Notes under the pieces: model-generated
What the model saw: only the letters and a program-made list of their open reading frames with translations
What the model was told of the DNA's origin: nothing
The model's database searches: none
Program-made: the position numbers and the translations under genes
Origin: a virus
Virus record (IMG/VR): IMGVR_UViG_3300044970_001297
Coordinates: 1 to 64,000 of that record
Reading direction: 5' to 3' (one strand)
Length of the DNA stretch: 64,000 nt
Shown: piece by piece, positions 29,812 through 39,323 of the stretch
How positions within the stretch are numbered: position 1 is the stretch's first letter
How the letters are laid out: every line of letters starts with the position of its first letter

Positions 29812-30765
29812 TTATTCGTCGCTGAGAAGAAGTGCGAGTTCGTCTGAAACCTCGCCAGTCTCTGCGAAATCAGCAAGGATCTCTGCAAGACCTTCTTCGC
29901 CATATAGTTCGATTCCCTCTGCGAGGATCGCGTCGAGGATGTCAAAATCCTCTTCCTCTGCAACCTCTTGACGAGTTGCACTGGTTCCTGTGGTTCCATA
30001 GGTTGCGCTGGAGCCAGTTGGACGACCAGAGCCTAGGTTTGTCTTGCGACTCTTTGGAGCCTTTGAGGTTGTAGTACCACCAGAACCAAATGTTCCGCTG
30101 CCCAATGCTCTTGCTAGGTCGTATCCACTCTTCATGCCAGAGAATCTACCTTGATTCCAATACTCAGCACCAGCCTCTGCAACCTCTTGACGAGTTGCAT
30201 TGGTTCCTGTGGTTCCATAGGTTGCACTGGAGCCAGTTGGACGACCAGAGCCTAGGTTTGTCTTGCGACCACCCTTTGGACCCTTTCCAAGGGTGTTGCT
30301 TCCACTGAATGTCTTTCCAGCATTCAATGCCTTTGCTATGTCATATCCACTCTTCATGCCAGAGAACTCACCTGTATTCCATGATGCTTCGTCGAGGATT
30401 GCCAACGCTTCCTCAATGTCGGCTTCTGTGATCGCACCCCTCTTGGCTGCTGTTCCGACAGATGCCTTAGCAGAAGACGATCCCTTGCCACCCTTGACGC
30501 TTGTTCTGTTGGATGAGGCAAAGTTGCCGCGACCACCGCTCTTGGCAGCAGTAGTGAATGCGTTTGGACTTGGCTTTCCACCACCCATCTGAGATGCAAG
30601 CCATTGAGCCAACTGCATGGCATTCATTGCACCACCGATTGATGAATGTCCCCATTGAATTCCAGATGTGCCAGAACCATCTGTTGCGGTTCCTGCTGTT
30701 GATGTGGAAACTGCCTCTTGGACAGATTCGATTAGTGATGCGTAGCCGTCGCGGTTGATTGCCAT
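29812..30765 (-). CDS. probable head-internal polyprotein with a 73-aa tandem duplication and acidic C-terminus
   Basis: G/S/T-rich modules separated by 'VQE|A', 'LDE|A', 'VAE|A'; C-terminal 'EEEDFDILDAILAEG'. Confidence 0.6.
   Translation of the reverse strand: MAINRDGYASLIESVQEAVSTSTAGTATDGSGTSGIQWGHSSIGGAMNAMQLAQWLASQMGGGKPSPNAFTTAAKSGGRGNFASSNRTSVKGGKGSSSAKASVGTAAKRGAITEADIEEALAILDEASWNTGEFSGMKSGYDIAKALNAGKTFSGSNTLGKGPKGGRKTNLGSGRPTGSSATYGTTGTNATRQEVAEAGAEYWNQGRFSGMKSGYDLARALGSGTFGSGGTTTSKAPKSRKTNLGSGRPTGSSATYGTTGTSATRQEVAEEEDFDILDAILAEGIELYGEEGLAEILADFAETGEVSDELALLLSDE
29956..30269. repeat. near-perfect ~95 bp direct repeat (29956-30050 / 30175-30269), period 219 bp
   Basis: ctctgcaacctcttgacgagttgca...cctaggtttgtcttgcgac occurs twice, with 2 visible mismatches. 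Confidence 0.9.
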
Positions 30766-30970
30766 GTTCTTACCTTTCGTAGTTTCGAAACTTTATGAAT
30801 GTGCTGATAGGTTCTAGAATATCAACACTTGTTTGAATATTTAGCATTTCTTGAATTGCAACCCTCAAGGTTCTTCTTTCGGTTCAGACTCTTCACGAAG
30901 ATCTGATGCTTGAGGTCACGGATTCTTGGTCTTGCTGGTGTCTTCACTTTTGCCATGATATAGTCCCCTT

Positions 30971-32182
30971 TTACTTGGTCTTGAGTTTACCAGTTCTCTT
31001 TAGATAGTTATAGAGTGGACGCATACCCTCTTGGTTGTTCTGTCCGAAGTCGCCGCTACGAGCGCGGTTTCTGAAATCACGCATTGCTGCCTGAGCCTCG
31101 CGCTTCTTGGAAATCTGGCTCTTTGTCATCTTTGGCTTCTTGCCCTGCAAGCGATTTGCCATTGCCTCGACCGAACCAGAACCTGTGTCTCTTGCCACTC
31201 CCCTATCGATATTCAGGTTGCGGAATGATGCGATGGCTTTGCTGCGCTGATTGGCAAGGTTTCCTGCCTTCTGAGTGTACTTTCCACTCTTGCCTATGAG
31301 ACTTCCGCCACCCTTGACTGCCTCGGCAGATGCTCCACCCTTCATTGCCATTCTTGCAGCAACCTTGGATTGGAGTTCCGCTGCTGCTCTTGCGACCTTT
31401 GGATTTCCTGTGTCATATGCCTTACCTCTGAGGCGCATCAACTTCTTGTAGCCAGCCTCATCCAACTGCTCGGCTTCAGCAAGACCCTTTGCCTTCATAG
31501 CAGAGTGCTTGAGTGCGGCTCTTCCAAGAACTGCCGATGTTGCTCCACCAAACTTTTCCTTGTCCTTGTAGAACTTCTTCTTGAAGGAACGCTGCATGAA
31601 GTCTGCGACTTCGCCTTTGATGGGCTTCCCTGAAACATTGTGCTTGCGAATGATTCGCATACGCTTTGCACTGACTCCCTCTGCAAGCCCAACATCTTCT
31701 TTGGTTAGAATAGCGGTAGCACGCTTGACTCCGCGCTTTCTATTTTTCATCTTTCGTTCTGCTTCATCTGAAAGGCCCGATCCCACCATCTGGTTGTAAG
31801 CAGACAACTCACCATAATCTTTCATTGACTTGTTGATGTAGGAACCAAGAGTCTTCTTGTTCAACTCGTCCAGTTCTTCAACTTCCTCATTCACACCCAA
31901 CTCCTTCTCCTTCTTGGCAAGGTTCCAGGATCGTGCATACATGACTTCCTTCCACCTCTTGCCGTATTGCTTCTTGAAGGATGCCTTGACCTTGGGATCG
32001 GATGCCCAATCCTCCATGCCAGGTGCTGCCTTCTCTTCGATTGTCTCCTCGCAGATCTGACGAGCCTTCTCTGTGAGGGAGTTGAGGTAGCCCTCTTGGA
32101 GAGCCTTTGCGCGGTCAGCATCCACTGGATCGACCACAGATGCGATTGTCTCGTTGAGTGCCTTGATATCTCTTGTACGCAT
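30971..32182 (-). CDS. probable head-internal polyprotein (basic modules with acidic xxE linkers)
   Basis: Linkers LNE, LQE, IEE, LDE, LAE; 'ELNKKTLGSYINK', 'KKQYGKRWKEVMYARSW' modules. Confidence 0.65.
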   Translation of the reverse strand: MRTRDIKALNETIASVVDPVDADRAKALQEGYLNSLTEKARQICEETIEEKAAPGMEDWASDPKVKASFKKQYGKRWKEVMYARSWNLAKKEKELGVNEEVEELDELNKKTLGSYINKSMKDYGELSAYNQMVGSGLSDEAERKMKNRKRGVKRATAILTKEDVGLAEGVSAKRMRIIRKHNVSGKPIKGEVADFMQRSFKKKFYKDKEKFGGATSAVLGRAALKHSAMKAKGLAEAEQLDEAGYKKLMRLRGKAYDTGNPKVARAAAELQSKVAARMAMKGGASAEAVKGGGSLIGKSGKYTQKAGNLANQRSKAIASFRNLNIDRGVARDTGSGSVEAMANRLQGKKPKMTKSQISKKREAQAAMRDFRNRARSGDFGQNNQEGMRPLYNYLKRTGKLKTK

Positions 32183-32194
32183 TTGTATTTCCTT

Positions 32195-32443
32195 TTAGAA
32201 CTTTCTACCTGTGATCATGTAATCGGTGTTGTCTTGTGGAGTGCCAAGTGTGTTCACGACGCCGCCAACCACGCGCTTCACGGCACGGCCAGCCTTCTTC
32301 AACTTGCGAAGCAACTTCTTTGCATCCTTTTCGTTTGGCTTTCTTACTTCCTGAATGTCCTCGGCGGGAACAAAGATGTTTGTATCCTTTGCCCTGCCCT
32401 GTGGAGTGATGGAGTTGAGGTGTTGTAGGAACTGATTGTTCAT
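32195..32443 (-). CDS. small probable head-internal protein, leader shared with 37397..38737
   Basis: 'MNNQFLQHLNSITPQGRAKDTNIFVPAEDIQE'. Confidence 0.65.
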   Translation of the reverse strand: MNNQFLQHLNSITPQGRAKDTNIFVPAEDIQEVRKPNEKDAKKLLRKLKKAGRAVKRVVGGVVNTLGTPQDNTDYMITGRKF

Positions 32444-32455
32444 GTTGGTTCTTTC

Positions 32456-33670
32456 TTAGTTTCGTGGAGACTTTATGCCTTGATCTCGCTTTCGCATTCC
32501 GCGAGCCATGAAATTCTGTCTTGCAGTCGTGATCTCTGCCTTGTCGTGATAACCGCCTCGCGCATGGATCGCAGGGTAACTTTTGAGTATTTCATTGGAA
32601 GCACCACCACGGCGAAGGGTAGCGACTTTTCTTTTCAAGTCTGCTAGATCGTATTCTGGTCCGTGTCCAAACTTACGATAGGCTTTTCCTACCTTGGAGC
32701 GAGTTGCTTCATTGACTTTACGAGGAGACTTCTTGCCATCCTCCCTGCTTCTCGTTGCCTTTCTTGCAAAGCGATATGTTGCCATTGAAGCATCATGTGG
32801 ATTATATGTTGGATCGCGCGGCTCATTGCGATTGAATCGCCCTTGGGCAGCAGCGGCTTTCTTCATCGTCTCTGCATCGGCACCACCGCGCTGAAGCATA
32901 GCCACCTCCCGCTTGAGTCTTGCCAAGTTCAATGCTTTGCTCTCATCAGAGCCGACCTTGTGCTTGCCATATACCTTGAGATACTTGGAGCGAGTTGCTT
33001 CCTTGAGTTGCTCCTCTGCATCCTTCTTGTTCTGCATCCAGAACTTTGCTTCTTCCTTGTCGCCCTTCTTTACTGCCTTGACGATCTCGCGTTTCGATCC
33101 CTTGATTGCCTTCTTGAGTTCACCCTTTGAGTGGACATAGGAACCCTCATCAAGATCCACATCTTCGAAGATCTTCTTGCCCTTGGCATTTGCCTTATCC
33201 ATGGCACCCTTGCTGAATCTTTCATATGCCTTGTCTGCTGCTGGTGTGGTGGGCTTGTCGGTGAAGAAGCCACGAATTGTCTGCTTTCTTGCTCCACCAC
33301 GACGAAGACGGCTTGCAGACAACTTGGAAAGTTCCTTGTCATATGCATCGGCGGTTTCGCGAGAAGCCTTTCCACTCACATGTGCGCGGCGAAGCCTACG
33401 CATTCTCTTCACGCCTTCAGAGATGGACTCTTCGTTCGTCTCTTCCTGCTTCTTTTCGGCGTTCTTGTCTAAAGGAGCCTTTTTGCCCTTCTTTGCAAGC
33501 CAAGCCTTTCCAGCAGCCATGTTTTCTCTTCTAAGTTGTGCTTCTGTCTTGGAGAAAGGCACTCCTCTACGACGAGCCTCGTTCATCTCAGGATGATCGA
33601 AAAGTGTATCGGTATTCTCGTTGAGTGCCTTGGCGAGATAGAGCCTCTGCTGTAGATTTGGTGAGTTCAT
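32456..33670 (-). CDS. probable head-internal polyprotein with repeated basic 'LxRGGA' modules
   Basis: Modules start after MNE, ISE, LDE, LKE, VNE; two start EATRSK; CATAAATA promoter upstream. Confidence 0.65.
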   Translation of the reverse strand: MNSPNLQQRLYLAKALNENTDTLFDHPEMNEARRRGVPFSKTEAQLRRENMAAGKAWLAKKGKKAPLDKNAEKKQEETNEESISEGVKRMRRLRRAHVSGKASRETADAYDKELSKLSASRLRRGGARKQTIRGFFTDKPTTPAADKAYERFSKGAMDKANAKGKKIFEDVDLDEGSYVHSKGELKKAIKGSKREIVKAVKKGDKEEAKFWMQNKKDAEEQLKEATRSKYLKVYGKHKVGSDESKALNLARLKREVAMLQRGGADAETMKKAAAAQGRFNRNEPRDPTYNPHDASMATYRFARKATRSREDGKKSPRKVNEATRSKVGKAYRKFGHGPEYDLADLKRKVATLRRGGASNEILKSYPAIHARGGYHDKAEITTARQNFMARGMRKRDQGIKSPRN

Positions 33671-33710
33671 GCTTCTTCCTTATTTGCCTATTTTAGAACG
33701 CTTCTATTAT

Positions 33711-35105
33711 TTATGATTTCCGCAAAGGTCGGATGACGAGCCGTGAACCAAGAACCCGCCTATGTTCAGGATCACTTTCTCTGGTCGTGGGTAAAAATGA
33801 TGGAGTTCCCTTGCTCTTTGCGACTTTCGGTTCGTGTGGCAATGTATCGCTTGCCCATATGCGCTTTTCGGGAACATCATGTGCGGGAACTTCCCCCTTC
33901 GCGGTGTGGTGGAAGACTCTACCCTTCATCTTTGGATCCTTGCGGAGCCTGTTCCACACGGATGCGCCACCAGGGCTTTGCAATCCACTGCTCCAAAGGT
34001 TTCCCTTCTTCTTGGCAATGTGCTTGTATGCGAGTGCCGCAAGGGACTTACCGATTTTCTTTCTTGTGTGCAATCCATGAACTTCCGTATGAATGACTTG
34101 ATGCTCGTCTCCATGGGACACCGTGGACACCTCACCCGCGACATGACCAGTCTGATCATGGACGATGTAGTGAGTCTGAACCTTTGGATCGTCCTTGTGT
34201 GTGCTTGTATGGAGTGTGTATCCCTTGGCTACTCTTCCCGATCTCTTCGTGGGATTGCCTGTTCTCTCCACGGTCTTTGCGAAGTTTCTTGCACTGAGCA
34301 ATCCACCTCTCGGCTTTTCAAGGACATTTGCAATCTCAATGTCCTCCCCAATGAAATCAAGGAACGACATGTATCCTTCCTTGACGAGTGCCTTCTTCTT
34401 TGGCTTTGCTACCCGTGCCTGTTGCTTCTGTATCAGGCTAAAGTACTTCGGCTTGTTGATGTGCTTTGGCATGAGTTCATGGGCGAGTTCTGTGTCGCCA
34501 GATGCAACTGCCTTGCGAAGCCTTCCTGCCTTTGCCACGCTCATGTCTCCCTTGCGAAGCCTTGCAAGGACTTCGTGCCTTCGCATATCTCCTTCATGCC
34601 TCTCTGCACCCATCTGATGGAAACTCACCGTTGCCTTGTGAACCTTGCCATCCTTGTCCAATATTCCACCGTACTTCTTCACATGCCCCTCTATTGCGGT
34701 CTTGACACCACCTTTTTTCATCTGATCCGATCCAAGACCGATGGTGATGTGCTTGTGTCCCTGTCTTGCGAGATGCGCCAGTTGATGGAATGGACTCACA
34801 TGTTCCTTTTCGGTTGTGCGAAACTGCATTCCCTTGTGTTCCTTGGCAATGTTCCTGTGACCAGAACGAATGACGGAACGCTTTTGTCCATGCGTCAACG
34901 GATCATCTGCCGATTGCTTCGATGCGGCACCGATGCCATGGTAGAAGTGCGTATGACCCGTCGAGGCAGCATGTGCAGCGGCTTGCCTTGCCATCTCATG
35001 GTGTCCAACGGTGTATGGGCTGTAGGAGCCAGGAAGGAGGAATGCCTTGCCAGATGGCTTGGGCTTGCTTGCTTCATCAATGGGAACTATGTGTATTGTT
35101 TTCAT
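33711..35105 (-). CDS. HIGH-class nucleotidyltransferase-like (cytidyltransferase) domain fused to a GNAT-like domain; probable internal protein
   Basis: 'LLPGSYSPYTVGH', 'GLGSDQ', 'AGRLRKAV..GD'; internal 'MSFLDFIGE'; C-terminal 'YKH...LWSSGLQSPGGASVWNRL'. Confidence 0.55.
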   Translation of the reverse strand: MKTIHIVPIDEASKPKPSGKAFLLPGSYSPYTVGHHEMARQAAAHAASTGHTHFYHGIGAASKQSADDPLTHGQKRSVIRSGHRNIAKEHKGMQFRTTEKEHVSPFHQLAHLARQGHKHITIGLGSDQMKKGGVKTAIEGHVKKYGGILDKDGKVHKATVSFHQMGAERHEGDMRRHEVLARLRKGDMSVAKAGRLRKAVASGDTELAHELMPKHINKPKYFSLIQKQQARVAKPKKKALVKEGYMSFLDFIGEDIEIANVLEKPRGGLLSARNFAKTVERTGNPTKRSGRVAKGYTLHTSTHKDDPKVQTHYIVHDQTGHVAGEVSTVSHGDEHQVIHTEVHGLHTRKKIGKSLAALAYKHIAKKKGNLWSSGLQSPGGASVWNRLRKDPKMKGRVFHHTAKGEVPAHDVPEKRIWASDTLPHEPKVAKSKGTPSFLPTTRESDPEHRRVLGSRLVIRPLRKS

Positions 35106-35125
35106 AATGATATTTAGAAAAAACA

Positions 35126-35150
35126 AGGTGGGGGATCGTGTCCCCCACCT
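35126..35150 (-). terminator. intrinsic terminator
   Basis: AGGTGGGGGA-TCGTG-TCCCCCACCT with a U-run on the minus strand. Confidence 0.7.
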
Positions 35151-35221
35151 GTGCGTCTGACTGGGTTAGTCTTCTTCGTGTTCCGACATATACCACCATT
35201 CGGCAGTATCGAATCCACCTA

Positions 35222-36028
35222 TCAAACCGTCCACGGTTTGATTTCGATTGGTTCCATCTTTGAATGACTTGATCGGTTTGCATTTGACCATGCTTTTGCT
35301 TCCTTGGCAGTCTTGGCAACATGAAGTTCCTTGCTTCTCTGCCAATCATAGACTGTCCAACCTCGTTTGCCTTGCTTTTCAATGGAATGATTTCCCTTCA
35401 CCCATCTGCGATGACCTAGTCCACGGCTATGAATCCACCCATCCTTGGCTTTGCTACCGTATGCTTCTTGAATCTTCTTTCGAACCTTGAATGCGGATGG
35501 TGCTTCATGCGTCGAGGGATCTATGATCGGATCACGGGCATAGTCGCTGTGCTTTCGCGAGTCCTTGGTTCCAAGATCGTCAGACTTGAACTTTCTTCGT
35601 GCGGACTTGCTGAGATTTGCGATTGGGAACTTCACAACATGAATGTTTTCGTAGTCGCGCTCACCAACCTCATGCTTGCGGCGATTGACTGCATGGGCTG
35701 TCTGATCCACCCAATACCCTACGCCATGATGGTTGGTCACGAATGCGTGTCCCTGCGTGTGTTCCTTCTGGCTTGGGTAGTTGGTGCGTCCCTTTGGACT
35801 TCGTGGCTTGAGTCCACCCTTGACGATCTTCGCGGCTCTTGCGGCTGTGGTCGCATGGTAGACATACTTCTGCTTTTCTGAGTTAGGCATCTCATGGAAG
35901 TCATGTGCATACGACCAGTTCTCATTGAGTTCGTTTCCATGTCCATCATGAATGAAGTGCTTTGGATATGCACGGGCAATCATCCTGACTGCCGTTGCCT
36001 CGACTATGAACTCCCTGTAAGTCTTCAT
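35222..36028 (-). CDS. capsid-targeted protein with an ADP-ribosyltransferase-like (Tpt1/ART) domain
   Basis: N-terminal MKTYREFIVE; 'VYHATT......IVKGGLKPR', 'HAFVT'. Confidence 0.55.
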   Translation of the reverse strand: MKTYREFIVEATAVRMIARAYPKHFIHDGHGNELNENWSYAHDFHEMPNSEKQKYVYHATTAARAAKIVKGGLKPRSPKGRTNYPSQKEHTQGHAFVTNHHGVGYWVDQTAHAVNRRKHEVGERDYENIHVVKFPIANLSKSARRKFKSDDLGTKDSRKHSDYARDPIIDPSTHEAPSAFKVRKKIQEAYGSKAKDGWIHSRGLGHRRWVKGNHSIEKQGKRGWTVYDWQRSKELHVAKTAKEAKAWSNANRSSHSKMEPIEIKPWTV

Positions 36029-36031
36029 GTA

Positions 36032-36400
36032 TTATTCCTCGTAGAAGCCTTCGTTGCTTCCGCCATACAACCGAATAAGACGACCAGCGAGTGCATTGGC
36101 TTCGTCCTCGCATGGTGATCCCGTGTCTCCGTCGAGTTCATCACCACATTCATCCTGCATCTGATGGACGAGTTCGTGTGCAATGGAACGGCAGATGTCG
36201 AATGTGGCTCTGTTGCCACTCACAACACGAATGCTCTTGTCTGCTGGACAATACGATGCCGTGGTCATGCCATTCTCACGCACCTGAACCAAACGAACAT
36301 TCGGTGTGTTTGCAAGACCAAGTTCCTGTGCGGCAAAGTCAACGAAGTTTTGAATCGTCTGCTCGTTTGCCTCTGCGATGAAACGATTGAATGACTTCAT
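36032..36400 (-). CDS. capsid-targeted zincin metallopeptidase-like protein
   Basis: N-terminal MKSFNRFIAE; 'RSIAHELVHQMQ...EDEANALAG'. Confidence 0.7.
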   Translation of the reverse strand: MKSFNRFIAEANEQTIQNFVDFAAQELGLANTPNVRLVQVRENGMTTASYCPADKSIRVVSGNRATFDICRSIAHELVHQMQDECGDELDGDTGSPCEDEANALAGRLIRLYGGSNEGFYEE

Positions 36401-37083
36401 TTCTTCTTTGCCTTGAGTATGAGTTGAGTTCCAAATGCCCTGGTTGCCTTGGGCGACGAATAATCGTGCATTCGGATTCCCTTGGATGCTGCCTTGCGTC
36501 TGACTCCCCCACTACCAGAAGTCCATATGTCAGCGGGATTCATCTTGGATGCCTGTCCGATGTCCTTTATGTCTCCATCCCCTTTTCTACTAACGACCGC
36601 ACGGACATGCTTCTTGGTCTTGGGATCCTTCATCAGGTGCTGCCATACTGATGCACCACCCATACTCTGTTGAATGCCGCTATGAATGGTATAGCCGTGC
36701 TTTCCATGAAGATGCTTGTATGCTGCCACGGCAAGCGAATGCCCTATCTTCTTCTTCGAATGATGCGGGTGGATGGCTAGAAATCCTACCCGCAAGTGCT
36801 TACTCGTTTCCGGATTATCACTCACATGATCATTTTCTATGTGTCCAACCACTTTCTTGCTTTTATCGTGGGTTATGAAGAAGTCATTACCATTGTGGTT
36901 TCGATGGATAGAATATTCTTTATGAATCTTACCAAGTTTATGCATACGAAGCGAAGGAAGGCTTCGCGCGGCTTCAATATCCGAATGGAACTCATCATGA
37001 ATACCTTTCCAGTCTTTGCGGTTTAATCTACTAATATTTGGTTCTAGTTGTATGTCCTCAAGTAGTTGGCGATAGGTCTTCAT
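36397..37083 (-). CDS. capsid-targeted GNAT-like protein
   Basis: MKTYRQLLE; 'HSKKKIGHSLAVAAYKHL...SGIQQSMGGASVWQHL'; paralogous to the C-terminus of 33711..35105. Confidence 0.55.
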   Translation of the reverse strand: MKTYRQLLEDIQLEPNISRLNRKDWKGIHDEFHSDIEAARSLPSLRMHKLGKIHKEYSIHRNHNGNDFFITHDKSKKVVGHIENDHVSDNPETSKHLRVGFLAIHPHHSKKKIGHSLAVAAYKHLHGKHGYTIHSGIQQSMGGASVWQHLMKDPKTKKHVRAVVSRKGDGDIKDIGQASKMNPADIWTSGSGGVRRKAASKGIRMHDYSSPKATRAFGTQLILKAKKK

Positions 37084-37394
37084 TTATTTCCCTTTGCCAT
37101 GTGGTGTGCAGTATGCATATATGCATTATGAATGGCATCATTCATCGTCTTATGAGTTCCATGTATGGTATTTAGACCAATGTCCTTACCATTCACACGA
37201 ATGTTCCCTGCCTGATATCCCCAACCACCCATGCGACTCCATCCCTTGACCACATGACCGACGATGCCACGATGCGAGAACATGGATGTGGTGTCATTGA
37301 TCTTGCGAATGTTCGCACCATGACCAGATTGCTTGATCTTCACATATCTTTCATTGGAAGATGCTTCAGTGAGAAACTGACTGAATGACTTCAT
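37080..37394 (-). CDS. small capsid-targeted internal protein
   Basis: N-terminal MKSFSQFLTE|A. Confidence 0.65.
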   Translation of the reverse strand: MKSFSQFLTEASSNERYVKIKQSGHGANIRKINDTTSMFSHRGIVGHVVKGWSRMGGWGYQAGNIRVNGKDIGLNTIHGTHKTMNDAIHNAYMHTAHHMAKGNK

Positions 37395-37396
37395 GT

Positions 37397-38737
37397 TCAA
37401 TCGTCCTCGTAATCGTCCTTCTCGTTCTTGTGTTCCTTCTCAATGTCACGAAGGACATTCTTTGGAACTGCCATGCCAATCCTCTTGTGGCGACGGGCAA
37501 CCAAACGGGCAATCATGCTCTTGGTCGATTCTCTCTTTTCCTCTTCCTTTTCCTCTTCTTCGGATATCGAATTTGGAGTATTGGAAAGGTAGTCTTTCAC
37601 CGAAGAAATGTAATCTGCTGATTTCGTGATCTTGGACTGAACCCATCCCTCAAGTTGGGAATCAGACTTGAGCATCGACATGATGTCGTTGGCATTTGCA
37701 ATGATGGACTTGAGTTCACCCATTGCCATTCCACCCTCATCATCGACTTCCTTCTGCTCATGAAGATTGCCGTGGTATGTGTGGAAAGACATCTGAATGG
37801 CATTGGAACCTTCCGCATGTGAACCCATCAGTTTAGGAACATTATGCTTTTGAAGAATACCCTGAATGCTTTGATGAAGTTTCGCTGAATTCTTCGCCCC
37901 GATTCCCCCGATTCCCTTAGCATGTCCACCAGTACGGGCAAGTATCTTGCCGTGCTTTGCCTTGAGTTCACGGATTGCACCCTTTGGAAGATCATACAAC
38001 CAATCTTCCATGGATGCCTTCACTGCACCTTCATATACTGGTATTGGATTCTTCCTACCCTTACCGACGAACTTCTTCAACCCATCAGCATCTCGCTTGT
38101 GCTTGTTGCTATAGGTGAGCATGAGAAGTTCAGGAACTGCGGGAATGGCATACTGTGCATACTTGGGGGCTTCCGTCATTGGAAACAAACGCCCAGTCTT
38201 GCCAGCGCGTGATGCGGCACGGGAACGCATTCCAACCTCGCGATAGTACCTTTGTCTGCCCTCTGGACTCAAGCCACGAAGTCTCTTCTGTAGTTTGCCA
38301 GAGAAACTCTTGATCTCACCCTTGGTGTACTTGTCGTATGGATCCTGTCCTGGTGGAAGTATGGGCTTTGCTCTCCCCGAACGACCACGATTTGGATCAT
38401 TGGTCGAGACTGCTTCCTTGAGTGGAATGCCTGTCCTTGCGGAGAAGTCTCCAAGTGCGCGGTCGAGTTTCTTTCCATACCGCTTGGCATTGCTGCTCAT
38501 CTTCTTGCCCCAACGCTCCCTTGCGGCTTCATAGTCCTTGAGGCTTCCGCTACCCTCTCTCCAGTTGCGGGATGCATGTGCAAGTTTTCTTGCTGCCTTC
38601 CTTGGCATCCCCTTGAGGTTCTGTCCGACATCGGGAACGGCTTCGCTGATGTCCTTCGCGGGAACAAAGATGGATGTATCCTTGGCTCTACCCTGAGGTG
38701 TGATTGAGTTTAGGTGGTTTAGGAATTGGTTGCTCAT
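37397..38737 (-). CDS. probable head-internal polyprotein
   Basis: Leader MSNQFLNHLNSITPQGRAKDTSIFVPAKDISE|A; linkers LKE, MTE, VYE, LHE; conserved 'EGGMAMGEL...LEGWVQSKITKSADYISSVKDYL' module. Confidence 0.65.
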   Translation of the reverse strand: MSNQFLNHLNSITPQGRAKDTSIFVPAKDISEAVPDVGQNLKGMPRKAARKLAHASRNWREGSGSLKDYEAARERWGKKMSSNAKRYGKKLDRALGDFSARTGIPLKEAVSTNDPNRGRSGRAKPILPPGQDPYDKYTKGEIKSFSGKLQKRLRGLSPEGRQRYYREVGMRSRAASRAGKTGRLFPMTEAPKYAQYAIPAVPELLMLTYSNKHKRDADGLKKFVGKGRKNPIPVYEGAVKASMEDWLYDLPKGAIRELKAKHGKILARTGGHAKGIGGIGAKNSAKLHQSIQGILQKHNVPKLMGSHAEGSNAIQMSFHTYHGNLHEQKEVDDEGGMAMGELKSIIANANDIMSMLKSDSQLEGWVQSKITKSADYISSVKDYLSNTPNSISEEEEKEEEKRESTKSMIARLVARRHKRIGMAVPKNVLRDIEKEHKNEKDDYEDD

Positions 38738-38741
38738 GTCT

Positions 38742-39323
38742 CTATGCCTTTGCTGTTGTTTTCCTTGGGTGCAAGTACAGGTGGTGCTTGTATCCTGTCC
38801 TTCGACCATATGCCAGTTTCTCATGCTGTTCGGGATCGTATTGCTGCATCTTGGGCTTCTTGCCCCATTGCTCCTCTGCAAACTTCACCCTCTTCTTTGC
38901 CGCGAGTTGCCGCCAGATGTGGCGACCACCCTTTGTCTGTGCGTCATCGCTTCTTATCGTGTGTCCCGTCTTGTCTGCCAACATCATGTATGTCTTTGCC
39001 ATCAGCCCTCGCACCAATGCCTTCTTTCCCCTGTGGCTTGGATGCAAGGAAGGACCACGCGGGATGATTTGCTTCTTGTGCTTGTTGTATGGAACATGAC
39101 CAACCGATTCGCCATTGTGCATGATGTGGACTATTCCATAACCACTCTTGGCCCCTCGGTGTCGTATCTCGTATGGACCGACCTTGCCCATGCGCTTGGT
39201 TCCATGAGCAGACTCTGGATAATGCTTAGAATCCCCGTAGTCAAGGACGGGTTCTTCGTTCAATAGACCAAGTTCACGAAGTGCTGCCTCTGCCAAGATC
39301 TTTCGTGCTTCTGTGTATCTCAT
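38742..39323 (-). CDS. GNAT-like probable internal protein
   Basis: Leader MRYTEARKILAEAALRELGLLNE; 'LHPSHRGK...TIRSDDAQTKGGRHIWRQL'. Confidence 0.6.
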   Translation of the reverse strand: MRYTEARKILAEAALRELGLLNEEPVLDYGDSKHYPESAHGTKRMGKVGPYEIRHRGAKSGYGIVHIMHNGESVGHVPYNKHKKQIIPRGPSLHPSHRGKKALVRGLMAKTYMMLADKTGHTIRSDDAQTKGGRHIWRQLAAKKRVKFAEEQWGKKPKMQQYDPEQHEKLAYGRRTGYKHHLYLHPRKTTAKA

